DNA of 51,914 nt, taken from IMG/VR virus record IMGVR_UViG_3300045988_086792; one strand, written 5' to 3'. This DNA comes from a virus. Under the pieces are notes generated by a model. The model saw only the letters and a program-made list of their open reading frames with translations, did not search any database and was not told where the DNA came from. The translations under genes were made by a program, and so were the position numbers. Of the stretch, positions 51,416 to 51,914 are shown in pieces. Position 1 is the stretch's first letter, and the number at the start of each line of letters is the position of its first letter.

Positions 51416-51489
51416 CCCATGAGCGCCCGCCCCGGCTTGGGGCGGCTGGGCTTGCACCAGCGGCGGTGGGATGCCGTCGGCCTTGCGGG
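51416..51489 (-). repeat. Type-2 intergenic repeat, copy 2
   Basis: See 48607-48679. Confidence 0.85.
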
Positions 51490-51573
51490 GCGGGCTTGCT
51501 TTCACGTCCTTTCTGTGGTAAAATGGCTTACAAGATGGACCGTCGAAAATTCATCTTGCAGCCTGTCACCTGC

Positions 51574-51672
51574 TCAGCGGGTGGCGGGCTTTTTCTTTTG
51601 CCACTCTGCCAGCAGTGCGGCCCAAATGGCGCGCTTGGTGGATTCGGGAAGTTCAAAAAACTTTGCGCTCAT
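51574..51672 (-). CDS. First small ORF of the leftward operon (island gene j)
   Basis: 32 aa: MSAKFFELPESTKRAIWAALLAEWQKKKPATR. SD AAAGGAGAA 8 nt upstream. About 60 nt downstream of the leftward promoter. Confidence 0.4.
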   Translation of the reverse strand: MSAKFFELPESTKRAIWAALLAEWQKKKPATR

Positions 51673-51740
51673 GTGTGCTTTTCTCCTTTCGCAGACTCGC
51701 AACCGCTTCGGCTGTTTGCCGTGGCGCTTGCTGTGGCATT

Positions 51741-51769
51741 ATCTTAGCATGACGGAATGCCATTGTCAA
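51741..51769 (-). promoter_or_regulatory. Leftward early promoter (near-consensus sigma-70 type)
   Basis: The reverse complement reads TTGACA, 17 nt, TAAGAT. Operator copy 1 fills the spacer. It points into the minus-strand gene island. Confidence 0.65.
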
Positions 51770-51843
51770 GCATGACGGAATGCAATCTACTTTTTGCACA
51801 AAAACATGACGGAATGCTTGTGCAATTTTGCATGGCGGAATGC
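51748..51843 (+). promoter_or_regulatory. Operator/iteron array: four direct 13-bp repeats CATG(A/G)CGGAATGC
   Basis: Copies at 51748-60, 51771-83, 51805-17 and 51831-43. The last two recur at 32-44 and 58-70 in the overlap. They sit within or next to both divergent promoters. Confidence 0.8.
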
Positions 51844-51914
51844 CGCTTGATTTGCTATAATATAATAAACGCGCGCGAAAAGAGGTGATATGATGCCGAT
51901 TTCGGAAAAAAAGA
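51774..51914. repeat. Terminal redundancy, right copy (identical to 1-141)
   Basis: Same 141 nt as the window start. It re-includes the rightward promoter and the first codons of the 117..338 gene. Confidence 0.95.

Overview
The window is a complete, circularly closed genome of about 51.8 kb from a tailed phage. Bases 1-141 are identical to 51774-51914. The GGAGG-type ribosome-binding sites and moderately high GC suggest a Gram-positive (Clostridia-like) host, but this is inference only.

Layout:
- **Switch (51.7 kb / 0.1 kb):** divergent promoters with four 13-bp direct repeats and a small ribbon-helix-helix gene. A 78% GC tract with no credible ORF and a lipoprotein gene follow.
- **Late operon (2.2-32.2 kb, plus strand):** an extended -10 promoter followed by two intrinsic terminators. 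Next come lambda-like packaging and head genes (Nu1-, GpA-, W-, portal-, ClpP-protease-, D- and E-like) joined to a P2/Mu-like contractile tail (sheath, tube, chaperone with -1 frameshift, tape measure, X, D, V, U, W, J, I, H-like fibre).
- **Accessory block at the fibre end:** (a) a 289-aa protein with about 44 Cys at a CXXX period, two small ORFs and a radical SAM/SPASM maturase; (b) a complete diversity-generating retroelement (DGR) with a 579-aa target protein, 150-bp VR and TR, and a reverse transcriptase. The lysis cassette follows.
- **32.3-33.6 kb:** an IS30-family element in the position usually held by an integrase. I recognised no tyrosine or serine recombinase.
- **Rightward early region (33.7-45.8 kb):** two orphan DNA methyltransferases, both out of frame at poly-G tracts, one of them circularly permuted. 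It also holds an HUH rolling-circle Rep, a DUF1064-like nuclease, a sigma-like regulator and four tRNA-like minihelices, each placed just after a terminator.
- **Leftward early island (51.7 to 46.06 kb, minus strand):** ten small genes (DUF3560-like, weak ArdC-N-like, a secreted protein, Cys-rich peptides) separated by two families of conserved structured intergenic repeats.

The strongest candidate for an undescribed system is the CXXX-repeat/radical-SAM cassette inside the receptor-binding module, next to the DGR. All family assignments come from motif reading, not database searches.
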